DNA of 64,000 nucleotides from Octopus sinensis (Eukaryota). Positions 40,926 to 54,300 of this stretch are shown here, piece after piece (the stretch's first letter is position 1; each line of letters begins with the position of its first letter). The stretch is taken from assembly GCF_006345805.1 (NCBI RefSeq), contig NC_043020.1:24614001-24678000 (forward strand). Direction: 5' to 3'. A program made the translations under genes and the position numbers. The notes beneath the pieces were generated by a model. The model was given only the letters and a program-made list of their open reading frames with translations, was not told the DNA's origin and ran no database searches.

Positions 40926-41320
40926 CTAGCAGTATCGCCCGGCGTTGCTCGGGTTGTAAGGGAAATAACTATATAAGCATTTTTAGAGAGTTATAGCCAA
41001 AAAATAGCAAAAAAAATGCATTAAAAATTGAAAAAAAATTAAGGTAAATTTTTTTTAAATCGTTGACACATCGTAGATATTTTTAGAGAGTTACTTCCCT
41101 TATATAAAAGCGAAAAAAATGCATTAAAATGGAAAAATATGATGGTAAATTTTTTTAAAATCGTAGACTCATCGTAGACGCGCGCTAATACCCAGAAGGG
41201 CTCGATATGAATCACGACTATAAGATACCCGCTTTTGGTTAAACTGCACCGCAAAATGTGGGAGTAATTACGAATGTAAATCGAAGGGGACAGACACACA
41301 ACTTCACTCTTATATAAAGA
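40926..41320 (-). mobile_element. Non-autonomous Helitron with internal ~100-bp tandem duplication
   Basis: Minus strand A|TCTTTATATAAG...CCCGAGCAACGCCGGGCGATACTGCTAG|T; the last ~75 bp are almost identical to 15408-15482; internal duplication ~40979-41178. Confidence 0.85.
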
Positions 41321-41321
41321 T

Positions 41322-41645
41322 GCTTTTTTTTTTCAGTCATAGAGTTAGATTTATGAAGGTCTTCAGTAGAAAATCCTTCGAATTCTGACTCGCTGCTTGA
41401 TATAATGAAATTCGTATCCATTTTTTGTCAGAATTACAAATTTTGAAAACACAATAGGAACAAATTTCGGGAAAAAATCACCCATAATTCACGGAATTAA
41501 AATTACACTTCGATTTTTGTAGAAAACTGTATTTGAAGTGTTTACGAAGTATAATACGTGTTTTCACGAATGTACTAAAGAGATTTACTCTGATATTCTC
41601 ATTTAAATATGAATAGGTAAATTCGGGCGGTTGGTAACGAAAGGG
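41322..41645 (-). mobile_element. piggyBac-like transposon 5' end fragment
   Basis: Minus strand terminus TAAA|CCCTTTCGTTACC (TTAA site one base off, CCC start); downstream ORF start MDTNFIISSSESEFEGFSTEDL resembles acidic piggyBac transposase N-termini. Confidence 0.6.
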
Positions 41646-42108
41646 TTTATATAAGTGTCGTCTGTTTAAATAAACACTGTTTCATAGTTTCAGTTTAGTC
41701 TTCCTCAAATCACTGTCGCTAATTTACTCTCTTCCAAGAACATTTTCACTCACTGTTATCTGTTAGCTTCCCATACATTTTACTCATGTATCTATCAGCG
41801 TGATAGACAGAAACAAATATTACATTTACTTTCATTTTATTCGTTGCCCACTGGTGTGTGCGTTTGCGTGTGGTGTAAACCAGACTAAGAAAAGCATTTG
41901 ACACACACACCAGAATGTGAGTTTTCTGTAATTTTGCTTAATTGGAGTTTAAATTTTAAAAACTGGACCTGGCATGACGCGATGCATTGTACTCTTAAAA
42001 CTGCTAGGTAAATTGTAATTGAAGAAATCCTATATTGTAGATTTGTATAACTCCCAAAGGGAGGCAGATAAAATCTGCCTTTTATAATAAGAGATATACA
42101 CACACACA

Positions 42109-42157
<49 letters not shown>

Positions 42158-42559
42158 TATATACATATACGCATATACACACATTCCCGCACGTTCATGC
42201 ACGCTTGAAAGTCTTGTGTTACTACAAGCAAATTCAATTCAAAATGTACTCAATACCTAAAATTCAGAGCCATAAGATGGTCAACGGTTATTAGATTGTT
42301 TGTTCCTAATTGTTTCTCTTTGTTTTTCTCTCCCACGTGATTAATAATCATATTTTCGTCCAAAACTTCTTCAATAACGTATCTCTTTGATAATCGTCTT
42401 TGAAATATAGCCTGATAGCCTTGTGTAAGGGCATAAGCCATTAAATTACACGCACATACACACACACACATACGTTTACATATATCCTTATACACTCAAA
42501 ATATATGTAAATACATATCAGTATATAAGCGGTATGACATCCTCTCTCTCATTCTCACA

Positions 42560-42596
<37 letters not shown>

Positions 42597-42667
42597 CATT
42601 TCTACATACATATATATATAGAGAGAGACATACATACATATATACATACACTTATACATACATATGT

Positions 42668-42721
<54 letters not shown>

Positions 42722-43018
42722 ACATACATATATATATATGTGTATAAATACATACATATATATATGTATACATATATATATACATACATATATATACACA
42801 CACATATATATATACACATATATATATGCACACACACACATACACATACACATATCTACATACATACACATACATAGATACATTATATATATATATACAC
42901 ACCATACTATATTTATATACATACATACATGCATACCATATATATATACATACATACCTACATATATACATATATATACATACATACATATATATATGTA
43001 TATATTTATTATATATAC

Positions 43019-43056
<38 letters not shown>

Positions 43057-43115
43057 TATATATATATATATAATATAACATATATATATATGCACACATA
43101 CACGCACATACATGC
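42560..43115. repeat. Long degenerate (TA)/(TACA)n tract
   Basis: Direct reading. Confidence 0.95.
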
Positions 43116-43476
43116 ATACGTAGAGGGGAGGGTATGTTTGTATTTAAGTGTATGTGTTGTGTGTGTGGGGGGACAACTAAGGAACGAAGTAGCTAAAGAG
43201 CTGAGTGGTTGAATGGTTGAAATATTTCATTGGTTTTCACAGACAAAAGATTCACCGTGAATTGTTTTCGTAACGCTAATTAGAGTCGGAAAGCGTGTCT
43301 AATTGAACAACAACGACAACAACAACAACAAACAGAGGAAAACCAAACACTAACAACACTATCAACAACCACAACAACACTGTGCCTCTCAAAGCCACCA
43401 TCATCGTTAGCCTCAAGAAAACAAGGGCGTATACAAAAAAAATTGAAGTTTATCTATTTAACTGCTACGACTAGTA

Positions 43477-43530
<54 letters not shown>

Positions 43531-44769
43531 CCGTAGCATCGGGAACAACAACAGCTTCAAACAAGATAAAACAACAACGACCACAACAAGAACGACAACG
43601 AAACAATGGGGAAAACAATGAAAAATTTTTAAAAAAGAAAATGAAACCTAAGCCCGCCTTAACATCCGACATTGAACAAGTTTAGTTTGTGTGAGTGGAC
43701 TAACAACATACAATAACAACAATAACAACAACAGTTTTAACAGCAACAACAACAACGCCATAACGATCACAAGATAGGAATTTCACAGGCATTAAAGACA
43801 AGCACAAAACCACCGCAAACGACATCGTCATAACGATGATAATGATGATGATGATGATCATCATCATCGTTATCACAATCTACTCCCTCACCACCACCAT
43901 AGTCGTTGTCGTCATGATCATCGTCGCCATAGTCACAACCAGCCGCCTACTTCTTATCATCACCGTCATCATCATCATCGCCATCATCATCACGGTCACC
44001 ATCACCGTCATCATCATATCACAATCATGGCACCTCATCATACAAACACACACACACGATTCTTTTTTTATATTTTTAGGCAGACTGCGGCCATACTGGA
44101 GCACCCAACGATCTTGTATTTAACACAATAGTAATTTAATCGAACCCATAACAGAATGGTTAAGTTCATTTAGGCTTTGATGTGCAGACGTTTACGGTCG
44201 TAAATTATATATTTATTGCGACGCGCCGATTTACAGCAGTGTCAAAAGTAAGGAACACACAGACATACACACACTCACGCGCGTGTGTACGTGTCTGTGC
44301 GAACATGCACATAAGTATGTGCGTATGTGCGTATGTATGTATGTATGCATATTGGCGAGAGCGTGAGAGATATTTAATGCAGAACTGAGATATTTGTGAA
44401 TCGGTGATCGAAGTTTCACGTTTCCGATCTTCAGACAACTGGTTATAAAACACAGCATCAACAAATTAGCATGGATTGACCATCTTTGACCCAGTCACAA
44501 TGAATCGCAATTTTATTTCAACTAGTCGCCTACAGATCAGGATTTTGTTACTGTTTACCGTGTGTACGGGCGCATGTGTCTATATATGTATGCGTGCAGG
44601 ATCAATGGCCTGTCAGCTTTGGGGGAATCTTTCAATGTTGAAATTTTGTCCCCTTTCCAAGTGAAGCTGGTCTTTGATAATTTTGATATTCCCTCTAGAT
44701 GAGATGGAGATAATCTTAACAAAGAAGAATTTTTTATGCATGGTATTTAATATAAATATATATAACAAT

Positions 44770-45155
44770 TTGACTGCGGCCATACTGGGGCACCGCTTTG
44801 AGGGGTTTAGTCGAACAATTTTAATTAGTACTTATTTATTTATTAATTAGTATTTTTAATTATTACGTATTACTGGTACGTATTCTATCGGTCTCCTTAG
44901 CCGAATTGCTAAATTACGAGGATGGTAACAAACCAGCCCGTTGGTCACGTGATGATGGAGGAGGCACACAAATACACCCACACTTATACGACGGGCTTCC
45001 ACACGGTTTCCGTCAGCCAAATTCAATCGTAATATAAAAGATGGCCCGGAGCTATAGAAGAATACATTTGCCCCAGAAACAGCGCCGCGTGGGACTGAAC
45101 CATGGACCCCAAAACATCGTGGTCGTAAAGTGAGCTTCTTAACCACATAGCCAAG
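44770..45155 (-). mobile_element. SINE family B, diverged copy
   Basis: ttgactgcggccatactggggcaccgc tail and gggactgaacc...cttcttaaccacatagcca head. Confidence 0.8.
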
Positions 45156-45642
45156 CCTTGACAGATCGACTAACAGACTTAGACAGTCAAAAATTTGCAC
45201 TGCGAGAATATCAAATCTTCTTATCATTGAATGGTATTAATTACAGACACACGCACGTTTGTGTGCATGATAATGTAATTGCTGTGTATGTGTGTTTCAT
45301 TACTCTCACAAGCTGCGTGTGGAGGTTCAAACGAGATATTTCTGTTCCTCACTCTGTATGTTCGTTATGTTCCTTAGTCATGTTTTAGTCAGGAAGCAAA
45401 CTCATATTCATACAACCATGATTTTTAGAGATTCTTATCATCATCATCATCATCATATACATATATATGTATACATACATATATATATACATACATACAT
45501 ATATACATATACATACATACATATATATATATATATACACAAATACATACATACATACATACATACATACACATACATATATATACATACACATACCTAC
45601 ATACATAGGCATACATCATCATCGATATCGTCATAATTGTTA

Positions 45643-46290
45643 AAGCGCCGAGCTGGCAGAATCGTTAGCACACCGGAGCGAAATGCGTAGCGGTATTTCG
45701 TCTGCCGCTACATTCTGAGATCAAATTCCGCCGAGGTCGACTTTGCCTTTCATCTTTTCGGGGCCAATAACATAAGTACCAGTGAAATACTGAGGTCGAT
45801 GTAATCGACTATCCCCCTCCCTCAAATTTCAGCTGTTGTGCCTTTAGTAGAAAATATTATTTTTAAGGCGGTGAGCTGACAGAATCGTTAGCACGCCGGA
45901 CGAAATGATTAGCGGCAATTCGTCCGTTTTTACGGTTTGAGTTCAAATTCCGCTGAGGTTGTCTTTTTGCCTTCCATCCTTTCGGGGTCGATAAATTAAG
46001 GACCAGTTGAGTACGGGGATCGATGTAATACCTCCGCCCCCACATTTCAGACCTTGTACCTATAATAGAAATGATTATTATTATTATTACCTTAAGTCGA
46101 CGAGCAGGCAGAATCGTTACCACGCCGGACGAAATGCTTAGCTATGTTTCGTCCGCCTTTACCTTCTGAATTTAAATTCTGCCATCCGTTCTTCCGGGAT
46201 CGGTAAAATAAGTACCACTTGAGTATTGGGGTCGATGTAATCGAATCCCCGCTTCCTCCAATATCGCTGGCTTTGTGCCTATAGTCGAAG
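45643..46290 (+). mobile_element. Three head-to-tail SINE family A copies (starts ~45643, ~45867, ~46095)
   Basis: Each unit begins GAGC(T/A)G(G/A)CAGAATCGTTA and ends in TTGT(G/A)CCT...AGAA-(ATT)n. Confidence 0.88.
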
Positions 46291-46326
46291 TTATTATTAT
46301 CATTATTATTATTATTATTATTATTA

Positions 46327-46363
<37 letters not shown>

Positions 46364-46364
46364 G

Positions 46365-46675
46365 TGCACCTTCGCGAAGGTGAAAGTATTGTTTTCAGTC
46401 GCGTTTGCTTGCTTGCTTGTTTGTCCGTGGACAAGATATCTCAAGAACCGCTCGATGGATTTGGATGAAATTTCCAGGGATGTTTGGCCTTGTGGTTGGC
46501 ACGAACTGATTAGATTTGCGGATCGATCCGGTACCGGACAAGGTTTCTGGATTATTTTTCCTGTTTTCTTTACTTTAATTTTGAGAGCAGTTCGATTCTT
46601 TTTTTAATATTTTCGTTTGTGAGAGCAGTCGAGTTTATTTCAGATATTCTCATTTAAAAAATCATCTCTCGCTAA
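46365..46675 (+). mobile_element. Helentron/HINE (DINE-1-like) non-autonomous element fragment
   Basis: Terminal palindrome CACCTTCGCGAAGGTG (46367-46382), then TATTGTTTTCAGTCGCG, a short (GCTT/GTTT)n and GATGGATTTGGATGAAATTT: the architecture of HINE-type elements. Confidence 0.5.
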
Positions 46676-46765
46676 TCGATAAATTAATTACCAGTCAAGT
46701 ACTGATGTCGATGTAATCGACTATCCACATCTCAAATTCCAGGTCTTGTGCCTACAGTTGAACGG

Positions 46766-46807
<42 letters not shown>

Positions 46808-46835
46808 GTTATTATTATTATCATTATTATTATTA

Positions 46836-46873
<38 letters not shown>

Positions 46874-47312
46874 TCTAGTAGTAGTAGCAGTAGTATCTTT
46901 TGGTGGTATCTTTTATTAGTTTCCTTATCATTATCCAGATTTCAATGTCTTTTCTTACTTTTTTTGTTGTTCTTAAAGGAAGAAGAGGAGGAGGAAGAGA
47001 AAAAGCTTCTCAATTTCAATGATTTATACCTTCCTGGTGCGTGCGTGTGTGTGTGTGTGTTAGGGGGTTGGAGGGCGAGAGGAGGGAAATATGTTTGAAG
47101 CATGTAGCCTTTGTCAAAGTAATCGCATCTATATCTTTACATACGTGTACGTATATATATACACATATATGTACATATATACACATGTACATATATATAT
47201 ATAAACATACACATGTATATATATATACATATATATACAAATATGTACATATTTATATATACATACACATATGTACATATATATATATATATATAATATA
47301 TATATATATATA

Positions 47313-47352
<40 letters not shown>

Positions 47353-48012
47353 TATATAATATATATATATATTATTACAAATGCAGACGTATTGAGATGC
47401 ACATTTATAGAAACATGTAAACATATACTCACGCGTATACCTGCATATATACACACAGACAGCGGCGCTGACGTGTATGTTTATGTGTGTGTGTATGCGC
47501 GCGTGCGCAGACGACCCGTTTTATCTCGCCATAAATTATTCGAGGAATTTTTACTTGCAAAATCTTTAACTTATTAAAGATGCCACACATCGAAATAAAA
47601 GAAAGAAAAACTAAACGGAATCAGACATCGGTTAGTCTTGTAATGTTCTGACAGGGAGCGGGGTGGCATCTCAGTGTGGTGGTGGGGGTGACGATGATGA
47701 TGATGTGGTATACAGAGATGTAGGGGTGGATTAAGTCAGCTTGCTTACCCAGCAGGTCTCCTGGTTAAATTCTATCAGAAATAATATGAAAGGATATCTA
47801 AACAAACTACATACTCGTACAGACGTGTGTTTGCATGTGTCTGAGTATGTATGTGTGTGTAAGCGTGTGTGTACGGATGTAAATATATATATATATATAT
47901 ATTTGTACACATATATATATATACACATACATACATACATACATACATACATACATACATAAGTATATTCATGCACACACATGCAGAGAGAAATTTTTCT
48001 TGTGTTTGCCTT

Positions 48013-48063
<51 letters not shown>

Positions 48064-48148
48064 TATATGCACATAAATAGACACATGTGCGTGCGTACAC
48101 ACACACACATAAATATATATGTAAGCGTATATATATGCGGTCATATAC

Positions 48149-48187
<39 letters not shown>

Positions 48188-48913
48188 GCATGAATATATG
48201 CGCATAAATGTGTGTGCATATACACACACGCACATACACACATATACATGCATACCCACCCACATGCACACATTCTTCCTACCTATATAGCCAATCAGTG
48301 CCTATGGTATGGTGGTGGTGGTGGTAGATGGAACCGGAATTTCAACTGAGAACTCGGAAGACAAGACTGCGATGGGTGGTAAAGATAACGTTGATATGTT
48401 TCCATATATTTTATTTATGTGGAAATCGAGACGAACTGGATACAAACACAGCCAAACAAGAACAGAAATCTCGTTTGAGCTAAAGACAAAGCGCTACCAA
48501 CACCACCTCCACCACCAGATACCCACAAAATCCACCCCTATATTTATTGCCACTATCAAATACCCCCAGATCGAGCTAATTAGGTAAGATCCCTAACTGA
48601 GAATATGCTTGTTTTATCTTTTGTTGTATCACAATCAAGATTGAGGCTCTGGTTTATACCTCAACATAAAACAATGCACGCTGGGTACGAAAGTGTATCT
48701 ATGTATATCTGGGTATACATACATAGATACACACACACACACACAGACGTGTGTGAGAGAGAGTGTGTGTATCATCATGATCTTGTCTAACATTTGAAAA
48801 GCTCGCTTCGCAGGGACGTCATTCCAGTTACCGTATATTTTTAGGTGGCACCGTGTCATATATGTCTTCTTAAAACCTAATGCTGACTAAAGCATTTTCA
48901 GTTTACATTCTAT

Positions 48914-48988
<75 letters not shown>

Positions 48989-49123
48989 TAGTTATCGCCA
49001 TACTAATATGGCATTCTTATAAAAATAAGAATAAAGCTGTCCGCTTATTAGCTCATGGAGCTAATAAGCGGAAAACTTTATTCTTATTTTTATAAGAATG
49101 CCATATTAGTATGGCGATAACTA
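48989..49123. repeat. Palindrome (~66-bp arms, 3-nt loop) embedded in (TA)n
   Basis: tagttatcgccatac...ttagctc-atg-gagctaa...tatggcgataacta, two mismatches by eye. Confidence 0.92.
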
Positions 49124-49198
49124 ATATTTTCCGGGAACGCTGCCGTTGTTCTCTTTTAGAGAGACTTAGTAATTTTAATATTTATATATATAATATAT

Positions 49199-49238
<40 letters not shown>

Positions 49239-49582
49239 CGTGATGGAAACCATCCCTCTATCCGAAACCCAGGAATCTAATTCAACTCCAGATTTTTGTT
49301 CCCAACTTACTCACATACATATTAAAAGTATGAATTTTCTATTGGAAATCATTCATGATAAATCCCTAAAACGGACGAAAGCCCTAAATAAACGTTTTTG
49401 TTCAAATCCCGACCTTCTTTTTATTAAAATATTAAATCTCTCCACCACGCACGGACTGCATCCTGTCATACGTTGAAATTCTATATTTTACTTGTTTCCA
49501 TCAATAGACTGCTGCCATACTGGTGCGCCACCTGGATTTTTTAGTTGAATGAATCGACCTCAGTCATTTTTTAATGAATTCA

Positions 49583-49728
49583 CGTGGTTGTGTAGTAAGA
49601 AGTTTGCTTACCGACCTCATGACTCCAGGTTCAGTCCCACTGCGTGACACCTTGGGCAAGTGGATTTGGTAGACGGAAACTGAAAGAAATCCGTCGTATA
49701 TATATATGAGTTTGTGTGTGTGTGTGTA

Positions 49729-49786
<58 letters not shown>

Positions 49787-49941
49787 CATGTATAGAGGGA
49801 GCATCACCGTTTGACAACTGCTGTTGATGTATTTACGTCCCAGTTATCTAGCGGTTCGACAAACGAGACCGATAGAGTAAAATCCTTCAAGCCGTTGCTC
49901 CATGCTGGCCGCAGTAATGATAAACAAGTTAAAGATGAAAG
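49583..49941 (+). mobile_element. SINE family B with internal (TG)n/(TA)n
   Basis: GGTTCAGTCCCACTGCGTGACACCTTGGGCAAGT head/core; tail GCTCCATGCTGGCCGCAGT; an inverted tail fragment lies at ~49485-49565. Confidence 0.82.
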
Positions 49942-50403
49942 AAATATCCTGCGTTTTGACTTGCCTGGTTGTGCCACATGCCAAATGTTCCCCCCTAGAC
50001 CTACCAAGTCAAAATGCCAGGTGTAATAGCCTCCTAATTACAGGTATAAAGCTCAAACTTTCAGGTATAAACAGCGTTTACAGAATCAAATTTATTTGAA
50101 TCAAGTAAAATGGAAATGAAATCCTCATTCTTGCAACGGTAAAAATTCGCAGACATTTTGTCTGGAATCTCTTTTTTGAAAGAAAGGTAAATTGATGATG
50201 GTTTCACAGAAGTCTGCAGAGACATGCACATATGCACAAGCATGCATTCACATATTTAAATATATGCACTTGTAGTTAATGTATATACACACGCACAAAT
50301 GTACAAACACATTTAAGTTTTATATATATATATATACTTCTCACATGCATACATTTGTACACACGCAAAGATACATATACCTGTATGTATGTATGTATGT
50401 ATG

Positions 50404-50448
<45 letters not shown>

Positions 50449-51571
50449 TATACACGCATACACATATGTGCATGTATACTTCGTACATTATATACAAAGT
50501 ATATACACGCATATTTACGTGTGTGTAGAATTACATGTAATTCATTTATATATACATATACGTGTAGATATATACATACACGAGTGTATGTATGTATATA
50601 TATGTGTATATTTACATATATATATATATACATGCACACACAGACATACACACACATTGGTGTGTGTGTATGTATGTATGCATGTATACATGTGCGTACA
50701 TATATGTGTATGCATATATGTGTGATGGAGTGTGTTCTATTCGTCAATCAACAATTTTTTCCATTCCTTCTGCAACACTAATACAACTTTCTTATTGACA
50801 GGAAAGCAAATTTTTTACCCGCCATGTTGTTCATGGAAAGTCACATCAGTGGGGCTTCTCTGCAAACAACAACAACAGCAGCAGCACAACACCACCGTCA
50901 ACAACAATAACGACAACAACAACAAGAGTATTACAGAGCTAAAACTAACACCTAAAAACTTCCAAATATTACAACCGTCTCCAGATCAGCCCCATCATCA
51001 CAAACTACTGCAACAACAGCAATAACAATTACATAAATAGCAATAAATAAAAAAAATAATAATAGTAGTAGTAGTAGTAGTAGTAGTAGTGCTGAAAAAT
51101 TAAACAATTTCGATGAGTATTGGGCTGTTTTCGTTTGTAGTTTTTGTTCTTTTGTCTCTGTTTGTTTAGTTGTTGTACCATTGCCTGCAGTGTCTGTAAA
51201 ATATCTATAATCCACCCATCCGCACCCCCCACTTCTAGCTACAACCCTATCTCCCTACCGATTCCGCTTTTTTTCTCTCTCTTTATTTTAACATTCGACC
51301 CTAAAGATCCTTCGCACAACAGAAAATGTTGAGGGCCATGACACTAATTCATTTCGGTTTTCAATAGCAAGGAAAAAAAATCCTCACCACCACCACCATT
51401 TATTTCTCTTCCCACCACCACCATTTTTGTTTATTCAAATCCCCCACATATATACACATTGTAACCTGTCTTTGTAATGTCCCGCTCATCTGACACCCCT
51501 GTGGCAAATAAATGAATTCATTATTATAACAAAAATTAGAGTTGGCATGATTATTTTTATCATTATTTTTA

Positions 51572-51606
<35 letters not shown>

Positions 51607-52734
51607 ATTCTTATGAATCTTTGTTTTTAAATTACTTTTGCTATAGTCTTCACCTCCTACCGCTCCCCCACCCTACTTCACCTCTACTTCCCCATTATTC
51701 CCCACTTATTCTCCTGTTGTTATTCTTCGACTTCTCCTTCCTTACCATTCCTTACCATTCCACTTTACCACCATCTCAAGTCTTCGTCCATTTACGTCTA
51801 CTTACATTTTCAGTTTCGTTTTGATATTTTTGCTTTAATTTTTCTCAATATTTTTTTTTAAAGTATTTTACTCTCAGGCAATTTTTTTTTTTTTCGTATT
51901 CATTGTTTTAACTTTTCGAATTTTTTTCTGTCTTTCGTCATTTGTTGAAAATTCATTTATTCATTTATGTGTAGTATTAGCAAATTTTTTAATGTATATA
52001 TTTATATTTTCTGTTAATATTTTAAGTGAACAAAAGAAGTGCCCCTTTAAATAACCAGGAATCCTGCGGTGGTAAGTTTAAGGATTTCGGAAAAAGGGTT
52101 TTCCACTTTTCTATTTTTTAAATCCCAAAAATATAATGATATCAAACAAACGAATAAAATAGAACAAAAACACATGCACAACAAATAATTAAATAAAAAA
52201 TAATTAGTTAATGAAATACAATAAAAAAACAATAGGAAGAATTGCATAAAAGTTAAATTAAAAAATGTCCTTACTTTTCCCTAATAATAATAACAACAAC
52301 AACAACAGCAACAATACGAGCGAGACACCATTGTAAATTAGATAATCAAAACCACCACCACAACCTCTAACAACTACCACCGCACTATCACCACCACCAC
52401 CACCAACATTATTACCTCTACCAACACATCATTATTAGAAACCACTCAAACAACAAGCACAACAACATTACATCCACCAACATCACCGCACCATTACGCC
52501 ACAACCGGCACAGGATCCATACTACCACCCCTGCCAAGACAACCACCAACAACGGAATCATCGCCATCATTAGCACTGCCAACAACAGCAGCATCATAGC
52601 CAACAGCCACCACAACTACCGTTACCCCACCACCGACGACGTTACCACCAACACAACAAAAACCATAACCACATACACCAGCATCGTCAACATGACCAAA
52701 ACCAAAGACCTGACTCAATCGTTATGACTATTAC

Positions 52735-52866
52735 ATATTTTACGTTCGGAGTTCAAATTCCGCCGAGGTCGATTTTGGTTTTCATCATGTGAGGATCGAT
52801 AAAATAAGTACCAATTGAGCACTGGGGTCGATACAATCGACTTACTCCTTCTCCCCGGAATTTCAA
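52735..52866 (+). mobile_element. SINE family A, internal fragment
   Basis: gagttcaaattccgccgaggtcga...aagtaccaattgagcactggggtcgat. Confidence 0.8.
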
Positions 52867-52998
52867 TTTATTGCAAACGGGTTGGGTAGGGTAGGGTGGG
52901 ATGAAAAATGAAAATCGAATGTTTCACATGTGATCTTGGTTTGTGACGAAATACATATAAGAGAAATTGTCCGGCTCTGACATACATCGTACCACTAC

Positions 52999-53055
<57 letters not shown>

Positions 53056-53057
<2 letters not shown>

Positions 53058-53421
53058 TGCAGGATTATAGATGTAGCATGCCCAGCTGACAACAATGTAT
53101 GCGATAAGGAAGAAAGAAAAGTTGATAGGTATGACAAGTTAGCTTAGGAGGTAAAGCAGTTGTGATCGATGAAAAAGGTGGCAGTGGTACCAATAATTGT
53201 CGGAGTCCTGAGAACACTGAGTAAAAATCTCGAGAAGTACTTAGAACAAATAGGGGAATAGGGACTGCAATAAGGGTGGAGCACTTGCAGAAAACAGTAC
53301 TGCTTGGAACCGCTCGAATACTCCGGAAGGTGCTAGAAAACTAAGAGGCGTTACCTCAGTTCTCTGGTAGTGAACAGCTGACACCGTAGTACATCTCTAG
53401 CGTTAGAAGCAGTGCAAATGC
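53056..53421 (+). mobile_element. R4/Dong-clade non-LTR retrotransposon, 5'-truncated (restriction-like endonuclease C-terminus, pseudogenised)
   Basis: CRIIDVACPADNNVCDKEERKVDRYDKLA*EVKQL*SMKKVAVVPIIVGVL...IRVEHLQKTVLLGTARILRKVLEN* matches the R4/Dong REL tail (IIDV..P......KE..K..KY..L..E...LW......VP.V.G.LG...LQK..LLGTARILRKVL). The 5' junction lies in (TAA)n. Confidence 0.88.
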
Positions 53422-53423
53422 AA

Positions 53424-53454
<31 letters not shown>

Positions 53455-53509
53455 AAGAAGAAGAAGAAGAAGAAGAAGAAGAAGAAGAAGAAGAAGAAGA
53501 AGAAGAAGC

Positions 53510-53720
53510 ATAGCATTTCTACTACAGGTACAAGGCCTGGATTTTGTGAGGAGGGAAATTGTCGATTACATCGACCCCAGTGTTTCACGGGTACTTAATT
53601 TATCGACCCCGAAAGGATGAAAGATAAAGTTGACCTCGGCGAAATTTGAATTCAGAACGTAGCGACGGGCCACTAAGTATTTCGTCTGGCGCGCTAACGA
53701 TTCTGCCAGCTCACCGTTTT
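53510..53720 (-). mobile_element. SINE family A, near full length
   Basis: tttatcgaccccgaaaggatgaaag...gctaacgattctgccagctcaccg. Confidence 0.88.
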
Positions 53721-53768
53721 AGTAACAACAACAACAACAACAACAACAACAAGAACAACAATGATAAC

Positions 53769-53802
<34 letters not shown>

Positions 53803-54253
53803 TAATAATAATAATAATAATAATAATATTAATAATAATAATAATAGGAGGAGGATTGCGAAAAATTATTAGCAAAATATCCAGAAAATGAAAAGTTAAT
53901 TTTTGTTTTTCATTTTTTCCCTTTTTTTCTTTTTTTTTTGCTATTTGTTTTAAACTATAAAGATGAAGAATATAATGGCTAGCAATAAGAATAACAGCGA
54001 AATGAGGAACTGAAGAAGAGAGAGGAATATAAGTCTAACACTAAAAGCCGTGTGTGCGAGTGTGTATTGACACTATATACTCACACACGCGCACACACAC
54101 ATATATATACACATATTTACACATATACATACATTTATACATGTGCGCACATACATTTATACTTATACACACATATACATACACATAGATATACGCACAT
54201 GCACACATATGCAAACATTTATACACATACACACATAACACACACACATAGTT

Positions 54254-54300
<47 letters not shown>

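Noticed and set aside
49940-50225. Possible coding exon (also 42250-42440 and 57490-57760)
   Set aside because: Complex sequence, but short frames with stops, no recognisable domain and no clear splice signals; more likely old TE fragments.
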